Assembly: GCA_030667705.1 (NCBI GenBank)
Contig: DAOUVJ010000001.1
Span: forward strand, 1 to 63,493
Reading direction: 5' to 3'
DNA: 63,493 nt
Source: Promethearchaeota archaeon
Lineage (GTDB): Archaea; Asgardarchaeota; Lokiarchaeia; Sigyniarchaeales; SOKP01
Under the pieces are notes generated by a model that made no database searches, was not told the origin of the DNA, and saw only the letters and a program-made list of their open reading frames with translations. This document shows, in pieces, positions 54,181 through 62,917 of the stretch; the stretch's first letter is position 1, and every line of letters begins with the position of its first letter. Both the position numbers and the translations under genes were made by a program.

Positions 54181-55926
54181 TTAAAAATTTTTATTATCTA
54201 TATAAGAATTTAAATCTTTCATTTCTTCTTCCAAACTGTTTATTTTTGATTTAATTGTAATAACACATGATTGTTTTTCTGTTTTCTCTAATTTATCACA
54301 AAAAGAAAGAACTTTCTTTAAATCAATTATCCTCTCTTTAACTCCTTTTAGTTCAAATTTCTTCATACATATTATAGTATTTTTTCCCATTTTTTCTTTT
54401 CTACAAAAACTTGCAGCTTTTCCCATTAATCTTTGATAAGCTTTATAACTTGCAAAAATGAAAGTAGCAGATACGACAACTGAGGTTAATGCAATTAAGG
54501 CCCCTGAGAGAGCTGGGCTTATATTAGCAGCTTTTGCAAGATTGGATGCCCCATATATTTTACTTAAAATATTCTTAACAGCAACACTTGGATCAAATGT
54601 AAAAATCTTCTGTATAAATTGAGCCCATTGAGGTTCTTTAATACCACCTGAATTACTAAATGCTTGATTTCCAGGATCTAACCCTGTGTCTTTATATTGT
54701 CTATATCTTTCTTTTGCATTATTAAATGCGGTTCCTGCATCAGTATATGCATTTTTAGTTTTTTCATTCTCTTTTTCCAAATGAGCTTTCATAGCATTAG
54801 CCATATTTTTCTTGGCTTGTTTCATAAGTTTTTCAAGTTCACTTAATGTATTCGGGTTAATCTTACTCTCAGATAAAAATAATTGATTTGTAAATAAGGA
54901 ACTATTTAAAATAGTTTCTAAAAGAATTCCTGTAGTTATTCCTTTTGTAGAAATAAAAGATTCATCTATTCCTATAAAATCAGTATTCAAACTTATATTT
55001 AAAATCTCAATAAGATCTTCATAATTCTCATTATCATGCTCTGGAAATTTCCCCTCAACAACAAAATGTAATATCTCATAATCTGAAGCTTGATTTAAAA
55101 TAAAATCTTTAGATTCAATTGTGGTTACTAATGAAACTAAATTTTCCCTAAGAGAAGATATAAATATAAGAGTATCAATATATTTAATATTTGTATCATT
55201 TGATTCTATTATAGATTTTTGTTTAATTTGTTTATCATAATATTTCCAATTATTTAATTTAACTCCCAAGTAAATACCAAAAATAAATTTTCCTAAAGTA
55301 ACTAAAACTGAAAGAATTATAGCGGATAAAATAATTAAAACTCCACTACCCCCTAAAACACTTGAGAAAAGAGAACCGAACAAAAGTATAATAGGTAATA
55401 TAAGTTCAATCGAATTTAACGTTTTATTTGTTGCACTATCATAACTCATTATTTCTGTTTGAATATCAACGAGTTTTCTTTCTGTTTTTGTAATAAGTTT
55501 AACTATAATAGGGCCTGGAAGAGCTAATATACTACTTATTAATATTGCAATTATGTCCACAGGAATCAGTTTTGTTTGTTTCATTTGTATGTAACGAAAA
55601 CCCAAAAAAACTGATAATAATATAGTTAAAAAATTAGCTTGTGTATAATCACATAAATCAAGTATTTCTTTTTTAAATCTTGACTCATCAAATCCTCCGC
55701 CTTTAGTAGAATTTTTTAGGGCCAATTGAACCTTTTTATAATTTTCAGATTTTTGAATTTCTTTAATTTTTTTCTTGGCTTCTGGTTTATTTTTTCCAGA
55801 TGGTTTGAATTTAGAAAGAATTTGTTTAAAATCCCGAACAATATTTCCAGAATCTTTATTTTCTAATATAGTAAAATTTTCTGTGTTTAAATTATTTAGA
55901 TATGTGTTTAATGTATCATATTCCAT
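54181..55926 (-). CDS. large polytopic membrane protein
   Basis: 581 aa with several hydrophobic segments (aa ~95-230 and ~480-500). The C-terminal Cys pairs (C-x12-C ... C-x10-C) plus a Lys-rich helix loosely recall the twin-CX3C family. Confidence 0.45.
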   Translation of the reverse strand: MEYDTLNTYLNNLNTENFTILENKDSGNIVRDFKQILSKFKPSGKNKPEAKKKIKEIQKSENYKKVQLALKNSTKGGGFDESRFKKEILDLCDYTQANFLTILLSVFLGFRYIQMKQTKLIPVDIIAILISSILALPGPIIVKLITKTERKLVDIQTEIMSYDSATNKTLNSIELILPIILLFGSLFSSVLGGSGVLIILSAIILSVLVTLGKFIFGIYLGVKLNNWKYYDKQIKQKSIIESNDTNIKYIDTLIFISSLRENLVSLVTTIESKDFILNQASDYEILHFVVEGKFPEHDNENYEDLIEILNISLNTDFIGIDESFISTKGITTGILLETILNSSLFTNQLFLSESKINPNTLSELEKLMKQAKKNMANAMKAHLEKENEKTKNAYTDAGTAFNNAKERYRQYKDTGLDPGNQAFSNSGGIKEPQWAQFIQKIFTFDPSVAVKNILSKIYGASNLAKAANISPALSGALIALTSVVVSATFIFASYKAYQRLMGKAASFCRKEKMGKNTIICMKKFELKGVKERIIDLKKVLSFCDKLEKTEKQSCVITIKSKINSLEEEMKDLNSYIDNKNF

Positions 55927-55947
55927 TTTAATTATCCTCCAATAATA

Positions 55948-56271
55948 TTACCATAATAAGTTTCCCTCTTTTAATAATTCAGAAAACTTATTATCAGAAC
56001 TTAAAATTTCAACTATTTTTTTGTTTGTTTCTTTTTTAATTTCTTTAATTTTAACTTTCATTTCTTCTGAAAGTTTTTCATTTTCCTCTATGCTTTTTAA
56101 TATAGAAATCTGTTCTTTCTCAATATCATTAATTTTTTCTTTTTTAAATTTCTGAGTTATAGAATGAGCAATATCTTTCACATTACTTTTATTTCCTAAA
56201 AATTGAGAAACAAAATAAGATATAGCAGCTACTGAACCGCATCCTAAAAATCCTAAAAGTACAGTATTCAT
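55948..56271 (-). CDS. N-terminally anchored coiled-coil membrane protein
   Basis: 107 aa. TM segment MNTVLLGFLGCGSVAAISYFV, followed by a Lys/Glu-rich helix. Confidence 0.45.
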   Translation of the reverse strand: MNTVLLGFLGCGSVAAISYFVSQFLGNKSNVKDIAHSITQKFKKEKINDIEKEQISILKSIEENEKLSEEMKVKIKEIKKETNKKIVEILSSDNKFSELLKEGNLLW

Positions 56272-56328
56272 ATTAATTTTCCTTTGTTTTAGTTTAATAA
56301 ATTCTAATGTTCATAATTTTCCTTTCAC

Positions 56329-56571
56329 TTAGGCTTTTAAATCTTTTGAATCATCATCTGATTTTACTTTAGCAATTTTAAATCCTTCCCTTAATGCATA
56401 AACGGTTGAAATAACCCCTCCATTGACAGCAGCCCATTCTCCGCCAGTCATTAAATTTAACATAACTAATTTTGTTGAAGTTATTAATAATGCTGCAATA
56501 GTTAAAACTTTAACTGAGATAAAAATTTCAATTATTTTTTTTCCTGTATCTGCCCAAAATTTTTTGTCCAT
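56329..56571 (-). CDS. two-TM small membrane protein (holin-like)
   Basis: 80 aa with two hydrophobic segments and a charged C-terminus (KVKSDDDSKDLKA). Confidence 0.35.
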   Translation of the reverse strand: MDKKFWADTGKKIIEIFISVKVLTIAALLITSTKLVMLNLMTGGEWAAVNGGVISTVYALREGFKIAKVKSDDDSKDLKA

Positions 56572-56591
56572 TTTTTTTATTATCCTTTCTT

Positions 56592-56751
56592 TTATATTTT
56601 ATGGTTTTCATATAAGGAAATATGTATGATCTCTATTTTTGAAATTCAAAACTTATAACTTATTGAAATTATTCATAGTGAGATTTTACAAAAATACAAA
56701 ATCAATACATATTTCTATATATGAGGTTCTCAAAATAACATTTTTAAAAAA
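56592..56751 (-). repeat. ~150-bp intergenic element, copy 1
   Basis: Near-identical to 58610-58769 and 60444-60591. Contains tttgaaattcaaa (a near-palindrome) and, in minus sense, TTGAGAAC-N4-ATATATAG. Confidence 0.8.
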
Positions 56752-58561
56752 TTAATTGAGGATCTGCAATATTTCCAGCAGAACCGATTTTATTCGTAAA
56801 GTGCCCAGCCACCCATGTTTTATTCATTCCGCATAAATACATCTCAATATCACTAGAGGCCGCAGTACTCGATAATGCGGGTACATCTCCAACACCGGCC
56901 CCATAAATAAATGAACTAAATTTAGTTTTGAATTTACTATTTGCTACAACCGTGAATTCAACTGCAGGCTGCCCACTGGCACCCATTAATCTACTATATT
57001 CTATTATTGTCTCAGGCTCGTCAGAGTTAACTTGTAGAGCGCTCAGGCCAGCAGGGGCCATATAATTTGAATTATTAATACTTATTAAAGCTCCCGCACC
57101 TGAGGTCAGTAAAATGCTAAATTCGGAATCATCATTACACCCATGCAAATGAAATTCTGAACCATCCCCATTTATCTCTATAATTCCACCTATTATGTTT
57201 TTTACCCTTGACAATGCTACTATTTGATTTAATCCTAATTCTGCAATATCACCAGTAAAATATAATGACCAAGCTCTTTGGCCATCAATTGTAATATTCT
57301 TTTCACCGATTATTATTATTTCTGCAAGACCAGTTAGATCTTCGCTTAATTCTATGACTCCTTCACCCGAAGCGGGAATACTATCTATTGCATCCTGAAG
57401 TGACAAATATGAATCCGGAGCTCGTGGGGTAACATATTTCTTTACCCCGGGTGTATGTATTTTACCCGACAGGCCATTTTGTTGTGTATTTTCAATATAC
57501 GTCTGAGCAGTTACTTCCACGTCAGCTATTATATCTGCTTCCCCTACAGGGATAAGTGACGAGTCTCCTAATTTGAAGGTTGAACCTATCATACTGAACA
57601 ATGCTGGATTCTTTTTGAAATGTATACCATTTTGAATTACACATGAAATTATGCTTATTTCCCCAGTCGTATCAAAAACATTTCTGTGGGCATAACCATA
57701 CATATTACTATCTGACGGTCTGAACGACCAATCACCCCCAATGTTTACATTACCATTAATTCTTGAGTTACTATGTTGAAAATTACCCCAACCCGTATGC
57801 GTACTGGTCAAAACGGGCGTATTAGACATTGCACAGGAATTCCTCAATGTCAGATTTCGGTTTCCTACAAGATCGTTTCCCTCAAGTCTGAATCCTCCAT
57901 AAAGATTATTTGCAAATCTGCAATTACTAAACCCTGCATAGCATGAACTATTCCTCTCAGTGAAACTACCATATTTGAAATAACATTTCTGAAAATTAGC
58001 ATTTGGTATTTTACCATAAGTCCCAGTGGGATCTGTTATTATATTAATTCCAAAAATTTCGTAACTTTCATCTTCATTGGATCTTAGAGGATAACTGGAT
58101 TCACCAGTCCCTGGATTGTAAAGTGTAACAGATGATCTTCCTGCTGTCGCATCCATCCCACTGACCTGTCCGACAATCCACATGCCGGGATAACTATGTA
58201 TTTGTTCGTTATAAAGTCCAGGAGCAACTTTAATCACAACAGCATCTGATGAACTTATTGGTGAATATTCAGCATAAGCCCAATCAATCGCACTCTGAAT
58301 TGTAGAGAATCTATGATTTGCCGTACTTTCAACAAAAGTAGGACTGACAAATGCTAAACGATCATAATCTACAATTGATTCAGCCATAAGACTCCAAGTG
58401 GCAGCTCCGGCAGAAACTTCGGTTAATATAAATGAATCATTAGTTGTTGAATTAACCCAAATTGTTGGTATAGGAAAATTATCATCCAAAACAGTCGGGT
58501 CAATAGTTTTTACAGTATAATAAACTCCAGGGGTTGATTGTGGTTTAGTACGAAGAGCCAT
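56744..58561 (-). CDS. right-handed beta-helix (pectate-lyase-fold-like) tail spike/fibre protein
   Basis: 605 aa. RFSTIQSAIDWAY...VVIKVAPGLYNEQI and YLSLQDAIDSIP.SGEGVIEL resemble N-caps of beta-helix enzymes. Gly/Asn/Ser-rich repeats follow. Confidence 0.45.
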   Translation of the reverse strand: MALRTKPQSTPGVYYTVKTIDPTVLDDNFPIPTIWVNSTTNDSFILTEVSAGAATWSLMAESIVDYDRLAFVSPTFVESTANHRFSTIQSAIDWAYAEYSPISSSDAVVIKVAPGLYNEQIHSYPGMWIVGQVSGMDATAGRSSVTLYNPGTGESSYPLRSNEDESYEIFGINIITDPTGTYGKIPNANFQKCYFKYGSFTERNSSCYAGFSNCRFANNLYGGFRLEGNDLVGNRNLTLRNSCAMSNTPVLTSTHTGWGNFQHSNSRINGNVNIGGDWSFRPSDSNMYGYAHRNVFDTTGEISIISCVIQNGIHFKKNPALFSMIGSTFKLGDSSLIPVGEADIIADVEVTAQTYIENTQQNGLSGKIHTPGVKKYVTPRAPDSYLSLQDAIDSIPASGEGVIELSEDLTGLAEIIIIGEKNITIDGQRAWSLYFTGDIAELGLNQIVALSRVKNIIGGIIEINGDGSEFHLHGCNDDSEFSILLTSGAGALISINNSNYMAPAGLSALQVNSDEPETIIEYSRLMGASGQPAVEFTVVANSKFKTKFSSFIYGAGVGDVPALSSTAASSDIEMYLCGMNKTWVAGHFTNKIGSAGNIADPQLIF

Positions 58562-58609
58562 TTTTAATTCTCCTTATAATGTGATAGAACTATTTAAAAT
58601 TTAAAGTTA

Positions 58610-58769
58610 ATATTTTTATGGATTTCATAGGGGAAATATGTATGATTGTTATTTTTGAAATTCAAAACTTATAACCTATTGAAATTATTCATAGTGGGAT
58701 TTTACAAAAATACAAAATCAATACATATTTCTATATATGGGGTTTACAAAATAACATTTTTAAAAAAAT
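58610..58769 (-). repeat. ~150-bp intergenic element, copy 2
   Basis: See copy 1. It lies upstream of the start at 58561. Confidence 0.8.
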
Positions 58770-58806
58770 AAAATTAAAAATGTTTCATTGTATTAAAATT
58801 ATCTAT

Positions 58807-58935
58807 TTAGACATATCTATTTAAAGCAATGTATATTCCATTTTCATCAAATAAATCATAATCGTAAACATAATAATAATATTTAATATTATTTGAATAT
58901 TTTTTTAAAAATTTAATTTCAACTTTTTTTGGCAT
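58807..58935 (-). CDS. possible 42-aa micro-protein
   Basis: AAGGGA SD. Translation MPKKVEIKFLKKYSNNIKYYYYVYDYDLFDENGIYIALNRYV. Confidence 0.3.
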   Translation of the reverse strand: MPKKVEIKFLKKYSNNIKYYYYVYDYDLFDENGIYIALNRYV

Positions 58936-58962
58936 TTTTAATCCCTTTCATTTCCTCTATTA

Positions 58963-59295
58963 TTAATGACCTTGTTTGCGATAAGGTATATTAAAATTAA
59001 ATTTTTTAGACCAAGAACTACAAGTTCCTACATGATTTATTGATCTCGATTGTACTTTATAATTTCCTTTAATTAAACTATCTATATTATACCATAATCT
59101 AACATTTCCATTATTAAGAGTTTGTAATGGAGCATTATATATTTCTCCATTAAGAATTACTTCATATTTTACTATACTTTTATCAGATTGGGGAACACAG
59201 GTTAAATGTAAGGCTAAACTTGATCCTGTAAATACAAAAGATATTATAAATATTAACAGGCATAATTTATAGTATTTCATTTTTATATATCCCAT
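58963..59295 (-). CDS. secreted Ig/FN3-like small protein
   Basis: 110 aa with a signal-like N-terminus (LCLLIFIISFVFTGSSLA) and a beta-rich remainder. Confidence 0.45.
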   Translation of the reverse strand: MGYIKMKYYKLCLLIFIISFVFTGSSLALHLTCVPQSDKSIVKYEVILNGEIYNAPLQTLNNGNVRLWYNIDSLIKGNYKVQSRSINHVGTCSSWSKKFNFNIPYRKQGH

Positions 59296-59367
59296 TTTAA
59301 TTTAATGGAAGGGAATTTGTCCAAAATAAAATTAGTTATTTCTTATATGGCAAATTCCCTAATTGTG

Positions 59368-59733
59368 CTAATTTGTAATAGACAAACCTATAGGTTCAGA
59401 TGGTGACGTTGTATCAATAATTGAAGTGACTTCATTAGATGGACCTGACTCATTCCCGTGATTATCAAAACAAGTGACAACCCAAAAATATTCTCCGTCG
59501 CTAATATTTGTTAACGTAATAGTCTCAGCACCTGCTAATGTTGAGCTAACAGAATTACCTTCTCCAAAAAGATAAGATCCTGATATTTTAGATTGGTATA
59601 ATCTATAACCAGCAACATCAGATTCAATATTTGGTTCCCATTCAAATGTTTTTGTATCTCCAGCATATCCCATCATTGAAAATAATACAAAACAAACTAC
59701 CATAAAAAATATTTCCCATTTACGTTTTAGCAT
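59368..59733 (-). CDS. secreted fibronectin type III domain protein
   Basis: 121 aa with a signal-like N-terminus. WEPNIESDVAGYRLYQS......GEYFWVVTCFDNHGNESGPSNEV is a classic FN3 pattern. Confidence 0.55.
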   Translation of the reverse strand: MLKRKWEIFFMVVCFVLFSMMGYAGDTKTFEWEPNIESDVAGYRLYQSKISGSYLFGEGNSVSSTLAGAETITLTNISDGEYFWVVTCFDNHGNESGPSNEVTSIIDTTSPSEPIGLSITN

Positions 59734-59766
59734 AATTTATTTCTCCTTTCTAATAATTAGATAAAA

Positions 59767-59834
59767 TTTATTTAAATTATAAAACTTTTCATATTTCTAT
59801 ATATGAGAGGTTCTCAAAATAACATTTTTAAAAA
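59767..59834 (-). repeat. ~150-bp intergenic element, copy 3 (internally deleted)
   Basis: Retains both ends (tatttaaattataaaactttt ... catatttctatatatgagaggttctcaaaataacatttttaaaaaa) but lacks the central ~95 bp. Confidence 0.7.
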
Positions 59835-59837
59835 AGT

Positions 59838-60407
59838 TTATGTCATTCTTGTTTTTCTAATAGTTATACTTGGGCATAATGCTGAATATTCAGTAATAGG
59901 TTTCTCTTTCATTGCTCTTTTTTTATCTTTAGAATTAACCCAAGTATAATCTCTCCCCATAGGATTAATTGAATATTCTTTATTTCCAAAGTATATACTA
60001 ATTATAGTTCCAATTCCTACACTAATAAAGAAAGAAGGAATAAATTTAGGAAGTCTTAATACAAAACTATGTAATGCATACCAAGGATTATATATTCTAT
60101 ATTTATGCCAATCAGGATTTAAATGATTTATTTTTAATGCTAATTCTTTTCCAAAAACAGTTTTCCATTTATCTTTTGGAATATCCTTAATACATTTTTT
60201 ATTAAACCAAAAATCTTTCTTCCAAAAATATCCCATTGGCCTAATAATATTACCGAAACATATATCAAATTTAAAACCAAATCCTTTTCTTTCTAATTTA
60301 GGTAATTTATTAATATCACAATTATCAAACCAAATGCCAGGAATATATTTTCCAAAATGAGAAACATTAGTTCCTATAATAAAACTAAAACCTATTATAT
60401 CTTTCAT
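59838..60407 (-). CDS. hypothetical protein (Trp/Lys/Phe-rich)
   Basis: 189-aa ORF flanked by copies of the intergenic element. Confidence 0.45.
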   Translation of the reverse strand: MKDIIGFSFIIGTNVSHFGKYIPGIWFDNCDINKLPKLERKGFGFKFDICFGNIIRPMGYFWKKDFWFNKKCIKDIPKDKWKTVFGKELALKINHLNPDWHKYRIYNPWYALHSFVLRLPKFIPSFFISVGIGTIISIYFGNKEYSINPMGRDYTWVNSKDKKRAMKEKPITEYSALCPSITIRKTRMT

Positions 60408-60443
60408 AGTATAATCCTTTCATTTTTTATTTAAATTATAAAA

Positions 60444-60591
60444 CTTTTATAGGGGCAAATATGTATGATCTCTATTTTTGAAATTCAAAACTTATAACCT
60501 ATTGAAATTATTCATACCCGGATTTAACAAAAGTTCAAAATCAATACATATTCGTATATTGGAGGTTTACAAAATAGTATTTTTAAAAAAT
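60444..60591 (-). repeat. ~150-bp intergenic element, copy 4
   Basis: See copy 1. It lies upstream of the start at 60407. Confidence 0.8.
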
Positions 60592-60597
60592 ATTTCA

Positions 60598-61251
60598 TCA
60601 GTTTTTATATTCCATAAATCCCTGATATAAACTTATGGTATTTGTTGCTTTGGCTGTGCCCCATTGAGCGGTTACAGTCACATCCATATTAATCGTAGTA
60701 TCTATATTTGCCACCCCTACAACCACAACTGAGATATCATCTATTGATAAATCAATATGTATTGCTCTTGAGCCAGAACCACCAATTGTTCTCTGGCAAG
60801 CATTAGCTTTTAAATGCCAATGATCTCCAGATAATGCTTTCGTAGCCGGAGTTAGGATAACTTTTTCCACTCCACCCACTTTAATTCGGAGTGTAATTTG
60901 ATCATCTGGGGAAGCAGAACCGTCATTAGAAACAATCCCATCAGCATGAAATTTGAACATATTTCCGGCAACTAAACTATTAGCCGGCATTAAACCCGTC
61001 CACATAGTGGTTTCAACCGCAGTATTTGCCACGGTTACAGTTTCCAATACTATGTCAGATGTTCGGTCGATGGCTTTTCTTACACTTTTATTTGTAATAT
61101 GAAGTTTATTATTATGAAATTCTAATGCTCCTGTTTCTGGTGTAGTTAATGCTATACCAGTTTCAAATTTTAAAGGCGGTTTTATTGCCGTACCTGCTTT
61201 TAAATGTGCAAAACTATTTATGTTATCTGATACAATATTACCAGTTTTCAT
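60598..61251 (-). CDS. tail fibre / receptor-binding-like protein
   Basis: 217 aa. LTTPETGALEFHNNKLHIT resembles the P..G.lEfd...ly.T motif seen in fibre proteins. The remainder is beta-rich. Visibly higher G+C. Confidence 0.4.
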   Translation of the reverse strand: MKTGNIVSDNINSFAHLKAGTAIKPPLKFETGIALTTPETGALEFHNNKLHITNKSVRKAIDRTSDIVLETVTVANTAVETTMWTGLMPANSLVAGNMFKFHADGIVSNDGSASPDDQITLRIKVGGVEKVILTPATKALSGDHWHLKANACQRTIGGSGSRAIHIDLSIDDISVVVVGVANIDTTINMDVTVTAQWGTAKATNTISLYQGFMEYKN

Positions 61252-61338
61252 AACTACACCTCCAAAATATCTTCGATCACAGGATTTAATATAAGCTCTT
61301 CTTTTTTAGCCGGTTCTTCATTTGGCATTTTAATCTCC

Positions 61339-62625
61339 TTATAAATTATATAATCCACGACATATCAATTCGTGCTTCCAAACGTCTTCTGCTGACCATT
61401 CCACGGCATCAAGACCGATATGTGCCATGTCATACTTGATAAACTGTTCAGGCGTTCCAGAACTGCTCGTTCTTGCTCCGATAAATACCGATGCGGTTAA
61501 GTTTTCCATTGCTACATATGAGCCACTATTAATTACTGTAACTGCTACTTCAACACCATCAATATAAAATGAAACTCCATTTCCAGCCGTCGCACCTCCT
61601 ACACCTGAGTAAGTTGCTACAAATGTATGCCATCCATTGCTTAATGCATTTGTTATGTTGACTGCACTCGTTACAACCACACTATTGTCATGTAATCTCA
61701 AATATATTATTTTATTGAATATATATATGTCATATTCGCGTTGTTCTGAACCGGTAGTGTTGACCGTTTTAGACATAAGCTGATACGCTCCAATATCTAC
61801 AATCTCGATTAATCCAAACACCGTGAATGGCGAATCATTACTACCATCCCCAAAACTGAAATCATTAGAATCACCTAAGTCAATATACGCATCTGTACCA
61901 TTTGGGTCAAGCGCCCAACCTGAGCCTTTATTAATTCTATCAGCACTTGCCCATGTGCCCATATATTGGCCGTCATGAGCTTTCATTGAGATGTCCGCAA
62001 GGGTAGGAGTTATTACAACAGTATCGAAGAGCATCGTCCCTACTGTTGTAGTGTTTTTATACATTAAAAACACAAAAGTTCCGGTCGTAGGAGCTGTAAC
62101 AGTTCCACTAAATTTTACCCATGCAGCAGAAGAAGTACCGGAAACCGCACTAGAGATTACTGCTGCACCAGGCGATGCCCCAGTTCCAGTATAAAAAGCA
62201 ACTCTCCATGCTTCATTACCAGAACTACCACTTTTCACATATCCTGTAATAGTATATGACTTGCCTGCAATCATTGAATATCCAGCACTTTGTCCAAAGA
62301 ATGATGTGTCTACTTCTGTTCTTGTAACTTCAAGACAATTGCCAGTAACCCCACCAGCAATACTTGCAAATGTGCATCTATTCGCTGTCCATCCAGCAGT
62401 ATCACTATCAAAACCGCCATTCACGGCCATATCACTCAAAGGTGATTCACAAAGCATATTCAAAAATCTTGCATCTGTCATTAATCCGAGTATTTGAGAG
62501 CTGGCCAGGTTGACCATTTGGTTTGAGAAACTTGCGCCTGTTAGGTCTCCTGTTAGGTCTGCATCTGTAAAATTGCCGTCGTCAAATGTGCCTGTATCAC
62601 CTACATAACTTGTTTTACTTGCCAT
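61339..62625 (-). CDS. fibre protein with CBM4/9-like and LamG/ConA-like lectin domains
   Basis: 428 aa. NGGFDSDTAGWTANRCTFASIAGGVTGNCLEV is CBM-like. The C-terminus (SPFTVFGLIEI...YDIYI...IYLRLHD...WHTFVATYSG...VSFYIDGVEV) is LamG-like. Confidence 0.5.
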   Translation of the reverse strand: MASKTSYVGDTGTFDDGNFTDADLTGDLTGASFSNQMVNLASSQILGLMTDARFLNMLCESPLSDMAVNGGFDSDTAGWTANRCTFASIAGGVTGNCLEVTRTEVDTSFFGQSAGYSMIAGKSYTITGYVKSGSSGNEAWRVAFYTGTGASPGAAVISSAVSGTSSAAWVKFSGTVTAPTTGTFVFLMYKNTTTVGTMLFDTVVITPTLADISMKAHDGQYMGTWASADRINKGSGWALDPNGTDAYIDLGDSNDFSFGDGSNDSPFTVFGLIEIVDIGAYQLMSKTVNTTGSEQREYDIYIFNKIIYLRLHDNSVVVTSAVNITNALSNGWHTFVATYSGVGGATAGNGVSFYIDGVEVAVTVINSGSYVAMENLTASVFIGARTSSSGTPEQFIKYDMAHIGLDAVEWSAEDVWKHELICRGLYNL

Positions 62626-62626
62626 G

Positions 62627-62911
62627 TTAAATCTCCTCCTCTATGGGTACCTCTTCGATTATAGGATTTAATATTAATTCCTCTTCATTTGAGAGTTCTT
62701 CAAATGGTTGCTCTTCTGCATTTTTAAAACAATATCTATTTAAGGCTATGAGATTATTATCATTATCATAAAGATCAAATATATAAAAGCTTCCACCTAT
62801 ATCTGTTTTGTTTCCTTTAACTTCTGCTTTGGTTGCTATTTTACCAAGAATAGTATAATTAGCTTTGCACGTTTTATTTATATTGTTCTTTTTTTCTATT
62901 CCATTTGTCAT
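62627..62911 (-). CDS. hypothetical protein
   Basis: 94-aa ORF tightly packed between fibre genes. Confidence 0.4.
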   Translation of the reverse strand: MTNGIEKKNNINKTCKANYTILGKIATKAEVKGNKTDIGGSFYIFDLYDNDNNLIALNRYCFKNAEEQPFEELSNEEELILNPIIEEVPIEEEI

Positions 62912-62917
62912 TTTAAA

